Shown here piece after piece: positions 49,017-63,528 of a stretch of 64,000 nt of DNA. Under the pieces are notes generated by a model, which saw nothing but the letters and a program-made list of their open reading frames with translations, did no database searches and was not told the origin of the DNA. The DNA comes from Lama guanicoe (taxonomy: Eukaryota). The translations under genes were made by a program, and so were the position numbers. How positions within the stretch are numbered: position 1 is the first letter of the stretch; each line of letters starts with the position of its first letter. The stretch covers positions 8,083,027 to 8,147,026 of the forward strand of contig MU053652.1 in assembly GCA_013239625.1 (NCBI GenBank). The letters run 5' to 3'.

Positions 49017-52000
49017 GAATTCCAAATTATTTTTGTTTTAATTATCATTCTCAGGGAATATATATTTTATGAAAGGGAAGAATCTCTCATTTTTCTCAGT
49101 GTCTTCCCTGTATAGTTCTGGTAACTGTCAAATCAGATATAAAATCAGTTTTGTTCACCTGCTCCTGGTTCCTGTGCTTTGCTGTTCCATTTTGGTAGTT
49201 GGGTCGTGGCATTTGTTTGATGCCATGTTCTGTCCCTGACTGTAGACTTACAGGGAGGTTGTTCATCTAATGGAGAATTTTACTAGAATTATCTTCATTT
49301 TTAATTAGCTTCATTGAGTTGTTTCCTTTTTAAAAGTCATACTAACAATGTAAGCAAAATGTAGGATCTGAGCTTATATGACATATATGTGTCCCCTAAT
49401 TCACCCAGGACTGAAGTATTAGTCTAGCAGACTAGTATATTGCTTTCTGAAGTTGGCAGAATAGCTTAAATAATATCCTAGTGGCCTAAATTTATTACTG
49501 GTTACAAAGTTTTCTAATGTAAAACTGGGAAGTAAAATAGGCTTACTAATATCATTCAGTTTTTATTTGCTTTCTGGGAGCATCCTTATAATCCCATGAG
49601 ATAAATATTCTCAGTTATTATTTCCACAAGTAAGCAATTTTCTTCTTCATTCGTATACTGCCTTTTGGTATATGGATATCGTCAAATTTTTAAAAGTTTT
49701 TTGGTTGGTAAAACTACTCTTAAATGATACACTCATCCATCTTGGATTTTCTGGACTTTCATAGCATATTTTAGCTCTTAAATTTACAACCCTTTTGCTT
49801 AAAACAATTTAGCGTTTAAATTTACGAATCCTCTTTTTGAGCCGACCAAGCTGTACAGTGTCTGAATAATGTGTTCTTGGTAAGGGTCAGAATGGATTCT
49901 TGTAAAGAACATGAGCAGCAAGTCCTTGACCTGATCACGGTGATTTCAAATCGAAATTTGAGAGGAGGAAGAAACAATCTGATAAAACTAGATATCATGA
50001 AAGGTAGTGGTTATAACAAGAGGGCCAGAAACAACACTTAAGGCTTCAGATATTTACCTTTCAATGAAGAGTGTTAAAATAAACTGGAAATTTTAGTAGA
50101 AGAAGGAAAATATAATTTATAATTATATAAATTATATATAAATGTAATGTATTCTGAAACATCCCTGCAACACGTTGAGAAAGTAATCATGCCTGGAGTG
50201 TAACAATGGGAGTGTACATTTTACTTGATTGAATCATATCTGATACAAGATAAGAGGAAGTAATCTTATGTCAAGAGGAGATGTACCCAAAGGAAGTATT
50301 TAAACCTAATGGTGAAAAATGTCAAGCTTTTGGGTAATGAGAGGCAGAAATTCTGTCCTAATGGAAGGATTTTACAGTCTGTCCAACCAGGGAGAGGCAA
50401 GGGGACATGCTCGCTCCTTCAAAAAGGCATTACACTCTCTCAGTTTTGTATGTACCAATCAAACCTTATAGAGTTCCTTTCACATGATAATTGCTCAAAA
50501 ATTGTAGTTGAGTGTTTTGAATTGGCAAAGGAATGATAGGGTTTTGGCAAATATAATAACCAGATAAGGGAACTAGGATTTTTGAAGTTCAGAGAAAAAA
50601 CAGGTTTGATTCTATGGCCAGAGCACAGCTCAGGAGACTCTGAAACTTCATTATTCTGACAATAAAATAATAAATCACCTCCATGTAAAAGGAAAGAATT
50701 AGATGGCTAATTAAGCCATTAAGTAGAAATGGCTCTCCAGTAGTAAACCAACTAATAAATTCACATTGAAAAGGAATGTGATAAATGTCAAAAGACTAAA
50801 GTGACTCTGGGGAATATTTGTTCAGAATAAAGAACAGTAGGTCACTGTTTCAACCTTTGTTTTGCTTCCGTGTTCTATGAAGAGCAGAGAACAAACATGG
50901 CTTTGGTGAATTCAGGTTCCCAGTCTGACTCTGTATGCCAGGGGATCCGAGCCACACTGGTCTCGCACATAATGATGGAGCGTGGGAGCCAGAAAACATG
51001 GCCTTCCAGAGAAGGCCGGTGATTACTTGTCACAAACATTACAGCTTTTTATAAATCTGCCCCGCTCCCTGCCCCGGGACACACTTTTCATAGGTGCCTG
51101 ATTTGAATTTGAGGCTGACTTTGAAAATATACTTTACCGCAATGTTTTTTACATCTTACGCATTTTGATATTAGCATTGTTTTTTCTTTCTTTCCTTGAT
51201 GGTTGATAGTCATACCTTTTACTTCTTATTTGATTAAAATGTTATTGTTGATAGCATTTTTTACATTTTCAAGAGGTTGGGAACATTTCTTTCTTAAACT
51301 TTTGTAGTTAATTGTAGTTTGTACAGTGTCAAAAATGCAGTTTTCAATTTTTCTGATTTGGGGGATCTTTGTTTTCTTTCATTCCTACTCCTAGAATTTA
51401 TATAAATTTAACTATTTCATAGCAATTTGAAAATAAGATATATTTTCAGCTTTTGGCTTTCAAAGCTTGATGTGTATTAATTAGTTTAAATTTGCTAATC
51501 ATAGTGTGTTAATATGCTAATGCTTTTAATTCTTCTTTACTTGGCTGTCATAGATTAACTCATTTGTATTTCATTTATGTTTATATGCTATAAAATATAC
51601 TCACCATAGTAGTATTTATAACTAATAGAAGTTTGTTTTATATACGTTGCTGGGATGTGATTTTCAATATAAACACTTATGACAGTCATACCTTTCACCA
51701 TAAAATTGTCTTTTACTCCAAGGAGTGAATTTTGACTGTTCCCCCTCCATTTTCAATATATTAATATTGCTGCTTCTGCTTTTTTTTTTGCTCATATTTA
51801 TCAACCTTTTTATATCATATTTACCAACCTTTGTTATATTTAACTTTAATCTTTGATGTCACTTTATTTTAATGTGCTCCCTGAAAACATCATGTCATTG
51901 GTTTTTAAAAAAATTGCAGTGTTTTGTTTTCAGTCAAGAATTTAACCATTTCATATTTTAAAGATAATTATTAGGCTTAATTTTGCTTCTCTTATCTAGC

Positions 52001-52766
52001 TTTATGCTTTCTGTTTCTAATTTTTTTGTCTTTTTCTTCATAAACATTTGTGACTGTTAATCCTGTATTGATTTGAAATGTAGGCATTCTTTCATTCCTT
52101 CTTAAAGTTTTTCAAAGACATTCTTAAAACATGAGAAACTGTCAAGTGGATTCATAGCCTACCCTTTTCTCTAGCTCTGAGTCCATGAATTAAGGTTTAC
52201 TGTCCTTTGCTACAGCGTCCATTTCTGAGATGAGACAGACAGCAACAGTTTGGGTGATGGCATTGGTGCCTCTTTGAGTGTCTTCCAGTAGTGTCTGTGC
52301 TATACCTTAAGGAGATTCCCCCAAGATTCTACATATGAATCACACCTCTCTCTGATTTCCAGTACTGATTCTGGTCTCTCCCTGTTCTCCTCTATTTCAT
52401 ATTTCTTGTATTATTTCAGTAAGAATTTAGGAGGAGGCAATGAGCAGTCTGTATATAAACCTCCATCTTGCAGAAATTTGGTGTGCCATATTTAAAAGAG
52501 CTGCTTGGCCTGGATGGGACATGATGTTATGCCAAATAATGTGCAGTTTAAGAAAGGGAAGTGTTTTTTCTGGAAAAGAGAAAAACTAAGTGGAATGTGA
52601 CAGCTGTCTTCAATACCCGCAGGGATGCCATGTGGTGTAAAGAATAGGCTGACTCTGCTTTGACTCATAGGTTGGTACCAGGACCAGGACCGAATTCAGC
52701 CTGCCCAGGCTGCTGGGAGGAGGATGCTGTCTTAAATGGGGAGGGGTGTTGAACTATTTAACTTCT

Positions 52767-52920
52767 TTGTTTTTTGAACAATTTTTTAATTGAAGTATAG
52801 TCGATTTACAATGTTGTGTTAATTTCTGGTGTACAGCATAGTGATTCATACATATATATATATATTCCTTTTCATATTCTTTTTCATTATAGGCTGTTAC
52901 AAGATATTGAATATAGTTCA
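52767..52920 (-). mobile_element. Short L1 3'-end insertion
   Basis: aattgaagtatagtcgatttacaatgttgtg..., with TSD aactatttaa(c/t)ttct at 52752-52766 and 52921-52935. Confidence 0.85.
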
Positions 52921-53409
52921 AACTATTTAATTTCTAAGTTTTTTTCAGCACTAATTTTCCTTTATTGTAAATAAGTTAGACAGTTTTGAAATGTGGGATA
53001 TAAAACAATTTCTATAAGAATTGAATGGGACACCTGTTAAAATAAACGTATCTGAGCCCAGAAATTTTGACTTCTTCAAGTTTGGAGTGGGACCTAGTAA
53101 TCAGTATTTTCTGAGGTTAGTTTTGAGAATAATCTTTAGGTAAATTGAGTTTATAAAAATACTATTCTTTGGCATTTTATGGTTTGGTCTTACGATGTAT
53201 TTCATGCAACACATTCTTTATTAATAGTAGCCAATGCTTTAAAATATTATGAATATTATTTTATCATAATTCATTAGTTTGAGGAAGAGTAAAAGTAATT
53301 ACTTTATAACATTTGCTAATATAATTAGGGTTTTGTAAATAAGTGGAAGATGGTACTTAAAGTGCTAGTAGTGAAGAAAACAGTTGAAGTCAACAGTTCT
53401 AAATAAAAC

Positions 53410-53850
53410 TGTGTCAACTGGGTACTGGGGGCAGCAGATACCAAGGTGGAGTTTGAAATGAGAAATAAAAGGAAGACAGAGCAGGGAAAGGACATGAGAG
53501 TCTTCTTTCAGATTGAGATGTGGGTTGTTGCCTGTGAAGCTGACAGAGAGAAGGAGAGAGGGTGAGGGATGGAAAGCCTCAAAGAGACAGAGCTCGGAGA
53601 GAGTCTCAGCCAGCCCAATGGTCAGCTCCAATACAACGACTGACCCCAGGAGAGACCACTGCTGGCCCTTGGTACCCCACTGGTTCTCAGTCATTGACTG
53701 GGCACTTAGTGGGGAGAGTGTGGCCTGTGCTCCAGAGTGGCGGCAGATCTGAAGTGCTGTAGCTGGGACTGTCGGCCTCCTGGACTCCTAGCAGCAGACA
53801 CTGCCTTGGAGGGAGATCTGAGCAGTACATGTTCATAGGGCCACAAATCC
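53410..53850. mobile_element. Old ERVL-type LTR (LTR16/LTR33-like)
   Basis: GC-richer ~440 bp block starting tgtgtcaactggg...agcagatacc; family assignment tentative. Confidence 0.4.
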
Positions 53851-54144
53851 AGGCCACATTTTTTTCAACACTGGGGTGTGTGCACGCTCACTTGGAGGCA
53901 TAATTTGACATTATCCATACTGATGTACTATGGACTCTTCTTTTATTGCTTCAAGTTACTTAGCTTCCGTTTCATCCTGGGTTTTTTGGATATCACGTGT
54001 ACAATATGAATGATTCTATTCAAGTCTAATTTTATTTAAAGTGATATAAAAATAAAATACTGCTTGTCAGGATGTGATAGTAAAAAATGCTCTGGAAAGA
54101 TGTGGGATTTAAAAACTCAAGAGTCTTTCATGTTATTCCTCTAG

Positions 54145-54320
54145 TCTGGCGGCAAGAAGAACTTGCACGTATTAACCAATCTTTCACTGGAGCTGAAAGG
54201 AAAGCTGCTTTGTGTCAACTTCTGGAGAAAGAGACCCAGATAATTGCTTCCATTGGGAGACATAGATACATCGCTTATATGGCGAACCAGAAAGCACTAA
54301 TACAAACTTTTTTGGATCAG
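54145..54320 (+). CDS. IQUB: IQUB coding exon 7 (LWRQEELARINQSFTGAERKAALCQLLEKETQIIASIGRHRY...FLDQ)
   Basis: Acceptor attcctctag|, donor CAG|GTTAGT, 176 nt, phase 1-0. Confidence 0.96.
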
Positions 54321-55099
54321 GTTAGTGAAGTAACAATTACTTAAATATGAATGCATCCTGAGTTTAAAAATATAGAATAATGAACTGAAGAGACTTATAT
54401 CATAAGAATTTGCATGAATTTTGTGTAGCATTTTGGTGATGTGTTTATTTAAATTTTGCATGTATTTTTTTTCTTATACAGCTTTAGATTTTCGCTGCAG
54501 CCTAGAATAACAATTGACCAGTAATATGGAATTAACATACTGTTAACAAAAGAGGTTTGTCCATGAAGGAAAAAGTGAAGACACCTTCCTTGTGACTCTG
54601 TTCATTTAGATTTAGGCTGGTTGTAGAAATTGGGTGAATTCCACACCCTGATAAAGTGTAGTCTTGAAGTCACAAAATGCCTGGATCTGGGGTGCCCCAG
54701 AGTAAGCAACCTGGAGAAAATAGCACAGCCTAGTTAGTGTTTCTGCTTTTGCTCACCAGGTCCTTAGCTGACTGGAAATTTCTGACTAAAAAGATGTAAG
54801 ATTATTGAAAACCATGAAAACATACAATTAAGGGAAAAACTAATTACCCTTTCGTGGTGAAATTGCCTGTTTGATATGACTAGCTTGTTTCCATAGTGAC
54901 CAATTTCCTTTTACGCACTTGATCTTTCCAAGCAATTAAAAGCCAATCCAGCCACGAGAAGGAAAGGGATGGAGTTCTTTAAGATATTCACCTGTCGTGA
55001 TTTTAGTTGTATGATGCTTGTTCTGTGAGAACATCTGTTCTTAAAAACTGTATTTTTGTGATCCTATAAATGCGCTCCTCTCATCTGATTTACACGCTC

Positions 55100-56370
55100 T
55101 CCTGTTTGATCTCAGTTTTTCTTGTGGCTTTACCCTGCATCCTGGGACTCCCTACGGTTCCAGCCAGACTTCTCTTGGGAGCTTCCAAATTATAGCTAAT
55201 TGCCTACTATCACTGCTCTTTGGATGTCTCGAGAGTACACCTCCAGCTGACAGGTCAACCCCTAAGCCATATCATCTTACCATTCCTTGGCTCCTCACCT
55301 CTAAGCTTGTCCTCTTCCGTACCACTCACATAGTTTATCTCTATGAAGATTTCCTCATCTCCTCAGGTGCTTCAGGCAGAAACCTGGGCGCTATTCTTGA
55401 TGTCCCGTTTAGCCGCCAGACTGTTCTATTACTTGAATAATCTCCTCTGTTCTTTACTTCTTCCTTTTCAAACCCACCACCACTGCCTACAGGGAAGTGG
55501 CTCTGCCGTGGCACCTTGATAACCTTGGCTGTATCCACACAGGCTGTGTCAGCAAAGACTTGAACCGCAGCTAATCTGAGTCTTGGCGGAACGCCTTGTG
55601 GTCCTGCTGGAGCACGACAGGATGAGAAGTATCCGAGGAGGAGTTATGCCTCAGCTCCCCTCTCTGGCTTTCCTGTGTCCCCTGGGAGGCCGTCATGGGA
55701 CAGGTCTTATCTTGTGTGTGTGAGCTGGGCACTGATTGAATTGAATCTGGATTTCCTTCCCATCTGGATTATTTTATGTCTCTGAATTAGGCTGTTGACC
55801 TCCAGTCTCACTTCTCAGTTCCCTCCTCCATCACCCATCCTGCAGCTAAAGTGATCCCATTAAACACGCTCTGCCCCTAGCCGCCTCGCCGCCCTCAGGG
55901 AATGAAAATTTCTGTAATGGACTCTTGGCGCACCTCACCCGTTCCACTGTTGTCTCACCGTCATCTCTCCTCGCACAGGACAGCCACACTGTTCCAGCGA
56001 TGCTCAGTTCCTTGCGTGTCTCAGGAGGGCCACGTGCACTCAGTGCTTTTACATCTGCTGTGCCCTCTACCGGAACATCCTTTCCTTCCTCAGTAGCCAG
56101 CCACCCCCGCTCAAAACAAGCACAGGTGCCCCTTCTGGGAAGCACTGCTGATCCTCCTGCTTTAGCCTGTACCGTATGCTTTCCTAAGACTCTGTCACTT
56201 CTGTCTTTGTACCCAGTGATCAGTTTTTATTACAGCTATTTATGTTTATATTTATGTCCTTCCTAGATTCTGAGCTTCTTACGGCAAGAGCTATCTTTTA
56301 TTTCTGTATCCTCATATCCTAGCACAGTGCTTAACACAGAGTATCAATACATGCTTGTGGAGGAAGGTAG
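55100..56370 (+). mobile_element. L2 LINE fragments (interrupted)
   Basis: tttggatgtctc, agaaacctggg, ctagattctgagcttc ... cctagcacagtgc. Confidence 0.6.
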
Positions 56371-59300
56371 AGAGGAAAAACAAGGGATAGGAATAATGGT
56401 TGGGTAATTTTATCTTTCAGGTGTTATCAAGAAATTATGCAACATAGATAAAGTCATTTCAAATTCTTGAATATCTTCGTTCTAGGAAAGATGAGTACTA
56501 CTATAAGGAAGCCGTAATAGTCAACTTCTGCAGGGTGATTCTTTAAACTAAACGTATTCCTTTAGCAAGTTGCTTTATCTTGAATCCAGCTTCCTCACTG
56601 GACACTGTGTTCCTTATGTGTCTGATTGTTAATCTTACCAACCAGCGTGGACCAGGCGGCACAAGAGTGTCTGGAGGAGCTAGAGGCCTCTGAGGTGCTA
56701 ATGGACAGGGAAGATGGGTGGCACCTGCCTTCCTTACTTAAGGCTGGACCTTCTGCAGGGTTTCCTACTTGTTCTTGATCTGCCGCTCTGTTCCCTATAA
56801 ACTACTTTAAATTCTTGTCGCAAATATTTATACAATGTCTATTCTTCATTATGCTTTTACACCCCCGACTTCTGGTCTCATATCTAGCATTGTCTCTAAA
56901 CATTTTTTGAATCATAGTGAGGCCAAAGATAGATCAAGTCCTGCCATATAAAGTGACTCTGGGGCCAGCTGATGACCATTGCCCCCTGTCATGGAGCAGA
57001 GCACTCTAAGAAGTTCCTTAAATCTCACCAGATAAGGAGATGGGGAAATTTTGTTCACAAGAATTCCTAGGAGGGAGGAAGATTTGTTTTTGTTTTCTGG
57101 GGTTTTGTTTTTGGAGGTGGGGTAAATAATTTGATAAATTTTGAGGTAGAATCTGAGACCCAGAAGGGTCCTGAGTATAGGAAGAATTGCTCTATGCCAG
57201 GAAAATGGAAGTTTTTGAGTATTTCTAGGAGAGAGGGAGGGAGGAAACAGTTGGAAGGCAACGAGGCGCAGTGTGGCTTCTTTAATTGTATTACTAAATA
57301 AATGAAGTATTAAGTGTAAGAAGATTCGTTCTGGTCAGAGGAGAGGGAACAAGAGCAGTGACTGGACCTTAATGTCCAGATTGATGCAGAGCAGCACACA
57401 AAGATGCAAGACCAGAAGGTTGAAGGAAGGATGGACGAGCTGGCCACAAGAACTTGTGGGTTCACAAGAAATCAAGGGAAGGCTTTGTGTGGGCCATACG
57501 TTTTCGACTTGGGGTTCTGAACCCTTGTTCACCCCAGCTGATAAACCAGTTAATCTCACCAATGCCCAGGCTAAGATTTAGAGGAAATGGACACTTTGGC
57601 TAATATGAGGAAATTTTAAATCAGTTTGGACCAAAGTGTTATACAGGGCAAGAAAAACACCACCACAGACTGGGACAACTGCACTTGACATCAATCCCAG
57701 CCCATTGCATAGTCTCATTAGTCCAGTCTTTAAAAATACTGGCTAACAGTGACTTTTGTGCTGCTTCTAACCTGTTACAGTAAACTTTAAAATCTTTGTT
57801 ATTCTAATACATAATCATTTTAATCACCTTTCTGTATATAATGCCATACTAAATATCATAGAAAACAATTAAGATAGACTTTGTAGTTAGTCTTCTGTTG
57901 TAAATACTTATCAAGGTCTGTTCCTTTTTATGCCTGTCTCCTCCTCCCCTCACCGTGCCTTGCATTGCCTCCAGTATTCAGGAGTCAGTGTTGATTTCAT
58001 GAAACTTGGAGTAACTTATTCTACAGTTTTTTTTTATTACTGGGGAAAAATAGCTTGTAATTAATCCCTGAGGCTAAATAAAGCCAGAGTTTTTTTCAAA
58101 TGTTAACACTAACAACCAGAACCATGATGCAGATTTTAAGATCCACATTTAGGACCAGAACATGTAGGTATGTAAAGAGAATATTTACTTCCCTGTAATT
58201 GGGAAATAACTTTGGAGAATGAAATTTTATGGTTTGGTTTTAGTTTAACTTCATTTTATCTAACTATTATGTCATGTATTGAACTAATATTTTATTTTTT
58301 ATCTTCTCATCCTGAATATAGAATTTCTCTGAGTAATGAATCATATTATTTTAAGTTAGTCCAATCAAGGCACTGAACTAATCAGTTGTTATGAATTTGG
58401 TATTAAGCCTTCATTCTCCTTCAAAGTCTTAATCTAAAGATTTTTGAAGCATTAATTAAATAATTTTCAAATTAATCCATCAAACATGGTCATCCACAGG
58501 TTGTCAAATGTTAAAACCTCACAAGTAGACAAAGGTGAAGAAATTCGGGTCAAGAAATTTGAATGAAAAATCATCAGCCAGTTTCTAATATAGCCTGGGT
58601 GCTCCTTGCCCAAACTGTGTAAGGAGACCATTTGAATTTCTGCAAGAGGTTTCCCCTAGAGTCAAGGCCATTTATTTCCTTGAGTCTCTTTGATTCGCCC
58701 ACCACTTGTCACAATCACAGGCTAAAAAACTGCAATCTGCCTTAGCTGTGTCTGTTAATTTTTTTTCTCCTTACTCAGGTGGCCAACAGCTAATGGGATA
58801 GAAAAATGCAACCAGCTCTGGGGCTCTCTGAGCACCACAGTACACAGGCGCGTGCTCTGTGGACAAACAAAGCCCCTTTGCTGGGCAAAAGAAAAGTTGA
58901 TCAGTACCCAGCAGCTTTGGAGGGGTTATGTGGTTCTTAATTTGCGCCTTTAGGGACTAGAGCATTAATTTAGGAGAAAGAAAAGGCCCCTCTTACAGCA
59001 CAGTCACTTCTTCTCTTTCATGGAGGCTTGCCACTCTCAAGGTTTTTGTTGTCTCTCCACCTTCCCTTCCCTGAAATGTGTCTTCCTGCTGTTCTTCTGT
59101 TTCTCTCCTCCAGAGTCTATGCTGTCTCATTTGTTGGCAGCTAAATGGAATTTATTATGCTCCTGCTTTCTGAAGCAGTTTGAAGAACATGATTGTTGTA
59201 CATCTCTTATTACAGCCAAAGCATTCAAAGAAAAAAAGGAATAGAGAAGAGAAATAAGCAAAGTTGACATTTTCCTGCATCAGAGTTTAAAAAAAAAAAA

Positions 59301-62016
59301 CAAATAACCCACCTTAAGGCCTGAAATCATAGAAGCTTAGACTTGAAGACCAAGTTATTAGTGTTGGCAGAAATAAATCCAAGTATAAAAACTGCTTTGC
59401 CAAACAGATTTTTTATATCTTTTCAGGGCTTACGCTAGGGAATTCAGACTTCAAATCTAGGAACCTTTGATTATATCACTCAGTTTCCTTTAATCTGGTT
59501 TAATCCTGGTTAGTCTTCAGGTTTTAGCTTATGTACTGTTTTCGTTTCACCAGTTAAATCCTTCATAGCAACCTTTAGTTACCTCTTTACCGGCACCATC
59601 AAGCACAATCACCCTTCATTTTAATTACTTTTTAAAAAATCTTTGCATCCCATTAGACTTAAGAATTTTTGAAATCAGGATAGTATTTTATCTAGCACAC
59701 TGACCAATATATAATAAACACAATAAATATTTGTTGATTGAATAAATACAGAACTACATGAGAAATTGATCTTATCTTTTGGGAGAAATAGAATTAACAA
59801 ACATAATAATAAATATATACGTAACAATTTGTATCCAAGTTGCATTTCCCTGAGTGATTGAAATAGAAATACTATATACTTTGTGTGTGTGCATGTGTTT
59901 GTTTTTACAAGTAAAATAGGACTTCAGATAATAGTGATTTCAGTGATTCGAAACCATAGTGTTAGGAATCTTTATGGAGAAGGTAGGATATAAGTTAAAA
60001 ACTGAGGAGTGGGAAGGATATGAATGTTGAGTATATTTAGAAAAAAATCCAAGGTATGACTATATCCTCGTATCTTAGATGGGGCTAAAAACATGGAAGG
60101 AAGGTAGAATTAAATCAATACAACAGATGAAAAACACAATCAAGTAGATGAAGTAAGCATTTCATTAAAAGGCTTTTATACTTAGATTATTACAAATGAA
60201 ATAGTTTACCAGCTTGCAGAGCTAAAGGTATTGTCCACGTTACTGGAAGAAGGGAAATTACACTTAATAGAGCCACCCTCAGGACGACTGCATACAAAGA
60301 TTGCCCTTAAACTTTAGAATATTGCAAAATGAAACAGCCTAAGATTGCTTATTCCTTAAAACTTTTAAAAAGAGCTTAGCAACAAACATTTGATTACAGT
60401 AACACTCTGAGGCCTACCACAGACAAAGCTGTATCCATTCAAAAACAATATGTTTTAAAAATTTCTAAGTGATAATTAAATGATAAAATATTTTCTTACT
60501 ATTTCCCTTCTATAATCCTTAATAAATTTTATTAGTTCTGTCAGTCTGCTAGTGAACTCTACATTATTTAATATTAGATTTATGCTCTGAAAATATAAAT
60601 TAATCATAGGGCCGCAGCTTCTCATTTGCTGGATTGAAACTAGACCTTGAGGATCTAAAGTTTCTGATGAAGATTCCTGGCTCTGCACAGCGTTCATTTT
60701 AGCTTTGATCAGAAAATGATGCCATTACTTTGAACACATATCATGTATAGTTGTTGCTAAATGGTAGCTTTCCAGTTTTCAATATAATTTAGCTAATATG
60801 AAATGTAAAAATTTAAAGGTAAATTGAGACTAAATGTTTCTCATAAGGCTGTCATACTAAATGCAGCCTTATTTCTCTGTTTGGCTACTCTAACTCCTGA
60901 TGATTTGTTCCAATACATCGGCTTCTATTTAAACTTTAATTATATCAAATCTAAGATTTAAATGGTTACAACTATGTGGCGATTATAAACTGGACTGCAG
61001 GTCTCCAAAGCAATTACCAATCAGCCTACAAAAAATACAGCATTTGGTCGTGAGCAACGTACCCTCCTTTCTGATAGATTATAATCAGGGAAAGAAACTG
61101 AGCAGCTTTATACCTTAAAGTAGAAGGGGAAATAGTGAGTTTTTACTGTAATATTTCTAGGTCAATGAATCTTCTCCTGAAGTCTCAGTAGGAGGGAACA
61201 AAAACCATGGCAAACACAGTCTTAGTCACTGTTAAAGATTGTACTGGGGTCCCGAGTCAGCAGAACTCACTCCACTTCCTGTCGCTAAATTCTTAGCCTG
61301 AGAGTCCTCAGAGGAGCTTTAGGGCAAGTGTACGCCATCTTGGACTGTCGGGTTGAGAGGCAGGCTAGGTTGGGAGGCACCAAGCCAGATTTGGAAATAA
61401 GAAGTGAAAATCTTAGCCATCACAGGGAGGCAGGGACCACAGCCCTGCTAAGGTAGCTACACACAGCTATTTCACTATGGACATCTGCTTTGTGAAGAAC
61501 TGTGAACTTGTTATAGATTTATTTTTTACAGAAAAGAAAACCATAATTAAGAGTCCCATTTTGCCTTATCTGTAGGTCTAACACTTTGAGGATTGTAGCA
61601 AGTGTTCCACAAAGGTTGTCCTCAATTGGCAAAGCATGATCAAGACACATTCATACAATTCAATATGATTGAACTAAATAAATTGTTTTTAGCATTCTAA
61701 ATAGCATACTTTTTTTTTTCCCCAAGGTGGGTGGTGAGTTATTTCATAAACCCATCAAATTGTCCATCATACTAGTTAGGGAAAATTAGTAGCAAATTCT
61801 GAATCCTGAGGATTCAGGATTATTTGTATGTTTATAACCTGAAGCTCTCTCGTATTTTTTTCCCTAAAATGTTTTACTTTTCCCATGGCCTTAAAATTCT
61901 TCAATCAATTTGTGATATTCATAAAGCTCATGATAGTAAAGTTAGCTTACAGTAGAAGAAACAAAATTACTTTTGAACCTTTAACTGATAATTATAAATG
62001 TAATATTATTTTTAAG

Positions 62017-62187
62017 TGTTCAGCTCCAAAGATGTGGAGAAGATTTGATGGCAAAATAATTGAGATGGATACACAGTTCACCATCAGAGCCAGAGAGCTG
62101 CAAAGCATCTATGAATGCATTATGCTGAAAAACATCTCTCAAGATGAGAGGCTGGATGTACTCTTGACGCTTAAACATACTGTAAAG
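62017..62187 (+). CDS. IQUB: IQUB coding exon 8 ([29 protein letters not shown]...LLTLKHTVK); gene continues beyond window
   Basis: Acceptor atttttaag|, donor AAG|GTATGT, 171 nt, phase 0. Confidence 0.94.
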
Positions 62188-62664
62188 GTATGTCAACTTT
62201 CTGTTAGTTTGGGGGTATCATACCACTGTCAATAAAAAAAATTGAATACTAAAATAAGATGTTTTGTATTAAGTAATTATAAAGATATTAATAAATGTTT
62301 ATATGTATGAATTTTATTTTGTCAACAACTATATTGTTTGGGTATAACTTGGGGAGATATGATTTATGCATTAATATTTATCTAAAAGTTTTCAAACTAT
62401 GTATTATGACACACAAATATAGCACAATGAAAATTCCCCGTGTAAATATATCCTCAGCTTTGCAATGAATGCAGATGTATATATAGCATAAAATTAATGC
62501 TCAACTCAGTTCAGTACAATAGCAATTACTGTCTATATATTTTGACAAAATTTTATTTTTAGTAATTTTAAAGCAGCATTAGTGTAAGTATTTTTATCCC
62601 TTTTCCCTCATCGTTAGTTAATTTAAGATGCATTAAGTAGTTGAGTAAATGGTTCTTATTGGAA

Positions 62665-62812
62665 GGTAAGTCAGTCTCCATAGGTCTCTCACATTTCTGC
62701 CCGTCTTGAGAGCAGAGACATGGACTTAATTAAGCATTGACGACCTTTGCTCTGGACTGCCTTTTCAAGGATGTTTGTCTAGTGACTATGCCTTTGAAGA
62801 CAGTCATAGTTA
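62665..62812 (+). mobile_element. ERV1 LTR fragment (MER89/MER90-like)
   Basis: catttctgcccgtcttgagagcagag ... cttttcaaggatgtttgt ... gcctttgaaga. Confidence 0.5.
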
Positions 62813-63289
62813 AGAAGAGAGGGAGAAGCAGAAGTTCCAGAGGTAGGAAATAAGAGTATCTGCAGATGTCAGTAAAAAGAACAGATTGGAAAGAGAGTGC
62901 AGGACCATTAGCTGGTTAATGAAAAAAGCCAGAGGATGGACTCAAAAAAGACAAGTTGTGCATTGCTTAATACGCTAATATATACACCTATGCATTTATT
63001 TAACAATATTTTGATGGAAGTTAAGGCCTTTGAGCATAACTTGAATTCCGGCTCTACTCATTATGGCTGCACAGCCTTAGATAAGTTATTTAATAGTTCT
63101 GAAAACCAGTTTTATCATTTGTAAAATTAGTTGCTGAGGACATAAAGATATGTATATATAAATATATGTGTATATGCACACATATGTATATATGAATATA
63201 AATAAAAATATAATTTATATGTCTCAATGTTTATAAATAGGGAGTCCTCAATAAATAATGGGTCATATTTTTATGACAATTATTAATAC

Positions 63290-63528
63290 CAGTGAATCTT
63301 AAACTCGAGTATACACTAGAATCATCTGGAGAGCTTGAAAGAGAGAGAGACACAGAGAAACAGGATGGGAGAAAGGGAGAGAATATGAGGCTAAAAAATG
63401 AATAAGAGTGGTATCTAAGTCCCCATTTCTGAGCAGCTAAATTAGAATCTCAAGTGTGAGGGCAGTATTAAAATCTTTTAAAATCTCCTCAGGTCATTCT
63501 AATGTGCCTTCAGGGTCAAAAACCACTG
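63290..63528. mobile_element. MER5-like hAT element with an internal purine-rich tract
   Basis: cagtgaatcttaaact ... agaatcatctggagagctt ... caggtcattctaatgtgc ... aaccactg. Confidence 0.7.

Noticed and set aside
61333..61343. YY1 consensus (CCAAGATGGCG on the minus strand)
   Set aside because: Isolated motif without CpG-island or promoter context; probably repeat-derived or chance.
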